A stretch of DNA of 64,000 nt, taken from positions 24,004,605 to 24,068,604 of the forward strand of contig NC_057718.1 in the NCBI RefSeq assembly GCF_004010195.1. Direction: 5' to 3'. A program made the position numbers and the translations under genes. This DNA comes from Chiloscyllium plagiosum. Its lineage: Eukaryota. Shown one piece after another: positions 62,726 through 64,000 of this stretch (the stretch's first letter is position 1; every line of letters starts with the position of its first letter). The notes beneath the pieces are model-generated. The model was not told the origin of the DNA. It saw nothing but the letters and a program-made list of their open reading frames with translations, and made no database searches.

Positions 62726-64000
62726 TTCACTGCCAAACTATTTTAACTCTTAATATGTTCAGTAATTTTGAGCTTAAAATATAGATGATTGCAGTGTTTG
62801 TTTTTAGATTAATGTAGGTGTCTTAATTGCTGGTAAGTAAAGATAGAATAGGTGGCCTTTTTTCTTAACTTATACACCAACCTCATGGATTTATTTGATA
62901 ATGAAACCGATAAAGGCGTACTAAGTAAATCACTAATGGGAGAGATGCAAGACCAGAGAAAGGTTAACTCTAATCTCTGATAGGATTGCCAATGAAGTTC
63001 TAGCAGAAATATTAAAATGCGCCGATCAACTTAGATGGTTAAAAGAACTTAATTCTGATCTGAATACTAAAACCCGCAAATGCATTGAGAATCTATCTTG
63101 TCAGCAGATAATCTAATTCTTTTATAGCAGCTGATGACGCATCCATTTGATAGTTGAAGTCTTGATGTTCAATAATGTTGTGTTTAGTGGTTGAAAGCTT
63201 TCCTTTTGTTTCATGAAACAAAATCAAACTTACACAAGTGAGGTGTTGATGGTGTGGTCTTGAAATACTGTATTACAGTTAGTAATTTCTGCTATCAGTT
63301 GTATTTGTTACCTGTCCATCTTCCCACTTGATGGTTCTTTTTACCCCCACTTCTAGTGCTGTTTGTCTCCATTTACCTTTTTTAGTTTCTAAAATGCATT
63401 CACAAGATGTGGAAGGCCAACAATTATTGCACCCAAAACAAATCACTTATTCAATACCCAACAACAACTCTTGTATAGTACACAAACAGAATTTCTTTCC
63501 GTCTCTCAGGGTTAAAAGTAACTAAGATGTTTAATTCATAGATAGGAAAAATTGATAGCCTCAACATATTATCATATACCTGAACTTGAACTTAAAGGCA
63601 CATGGCTACAAGTAAGCTCTTCAGGGTTTCATCCCAACATTTCTAGCTAGAGACTAATACTACCTCCTTTCTTTTTAGGTTAATCTAGATTTATTATAAT
63701 CTGCCCTTCACAGGAGCACTGCTCTAAATTACTTTCCATTGCAGGGGCTTCACTGGACTGGCCAAAACAAAGTAAAACTGAAACAAAAACCTTTCTCTCT
63801 GATGTCTGGGTGTTCCTGTTAAACTCAAACTCTGGACTGGGAGATTATTTAACAGAACACACAGCAGAATGGTTCTGTCTGCTAAACTGTGCAATCATGA
63901 AGTAAACATACCCATTAGGCTGCTAAAGTAGTCTTCTGAAACTATTTTAAAATAAATCGTGGCTACAGAAATAGTTGCAAGTTAATTAATGTCAGGCACA

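Noticed and set aside
1..64000. CRISPR arrays, operons, rRNA or prokaryotic defence systems
   Set aside because: Vertebrate intronic sequence; no repeat-spacer array or prokaryotic gene organisation. The RT and GIY-YIG domains belong to eukaryotic retroelements.

Overview
Eukaryotic, repeat-rich genomic DNA, most likely from a shark (elasmobranch): it carries HE1-type V-SINEs with (TAATC)n tails, CR1-clade LINEs and Penelope-like elements (PLEs). The whole window lies inside one + strand gene, Formin-2 (FMN2). Three internal coding exons are supported by splice sites and compatible phases (5030-5205, 23739-23883, 39461-39522). Most other ORF-track entries are decayed transposon frames or chance ORFs. 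Main findings: (1) a 285-codon candidate alternative first exon (22567-23421) with an in-frame phase-0 donor 317 nt upstream of the next exon; (2) a ~740 bp patchwork insertion (15359-~16101) built from near-identical copies of two loci 32 and 41 kb away plus a PLE RT fragment, which preserves the pre-insertion state of a PLE target site and sits inside an older inverted duplication; (3) many short, often palindromic PLE-derived elements carrying minimal hammerhead-ribozyme motifs, including a compensatory U3:A8 core variant; (4) a CR1 insertion with a 3' end at both termini. All alignments were done by eye, and boundaries of old repeats are approximate.
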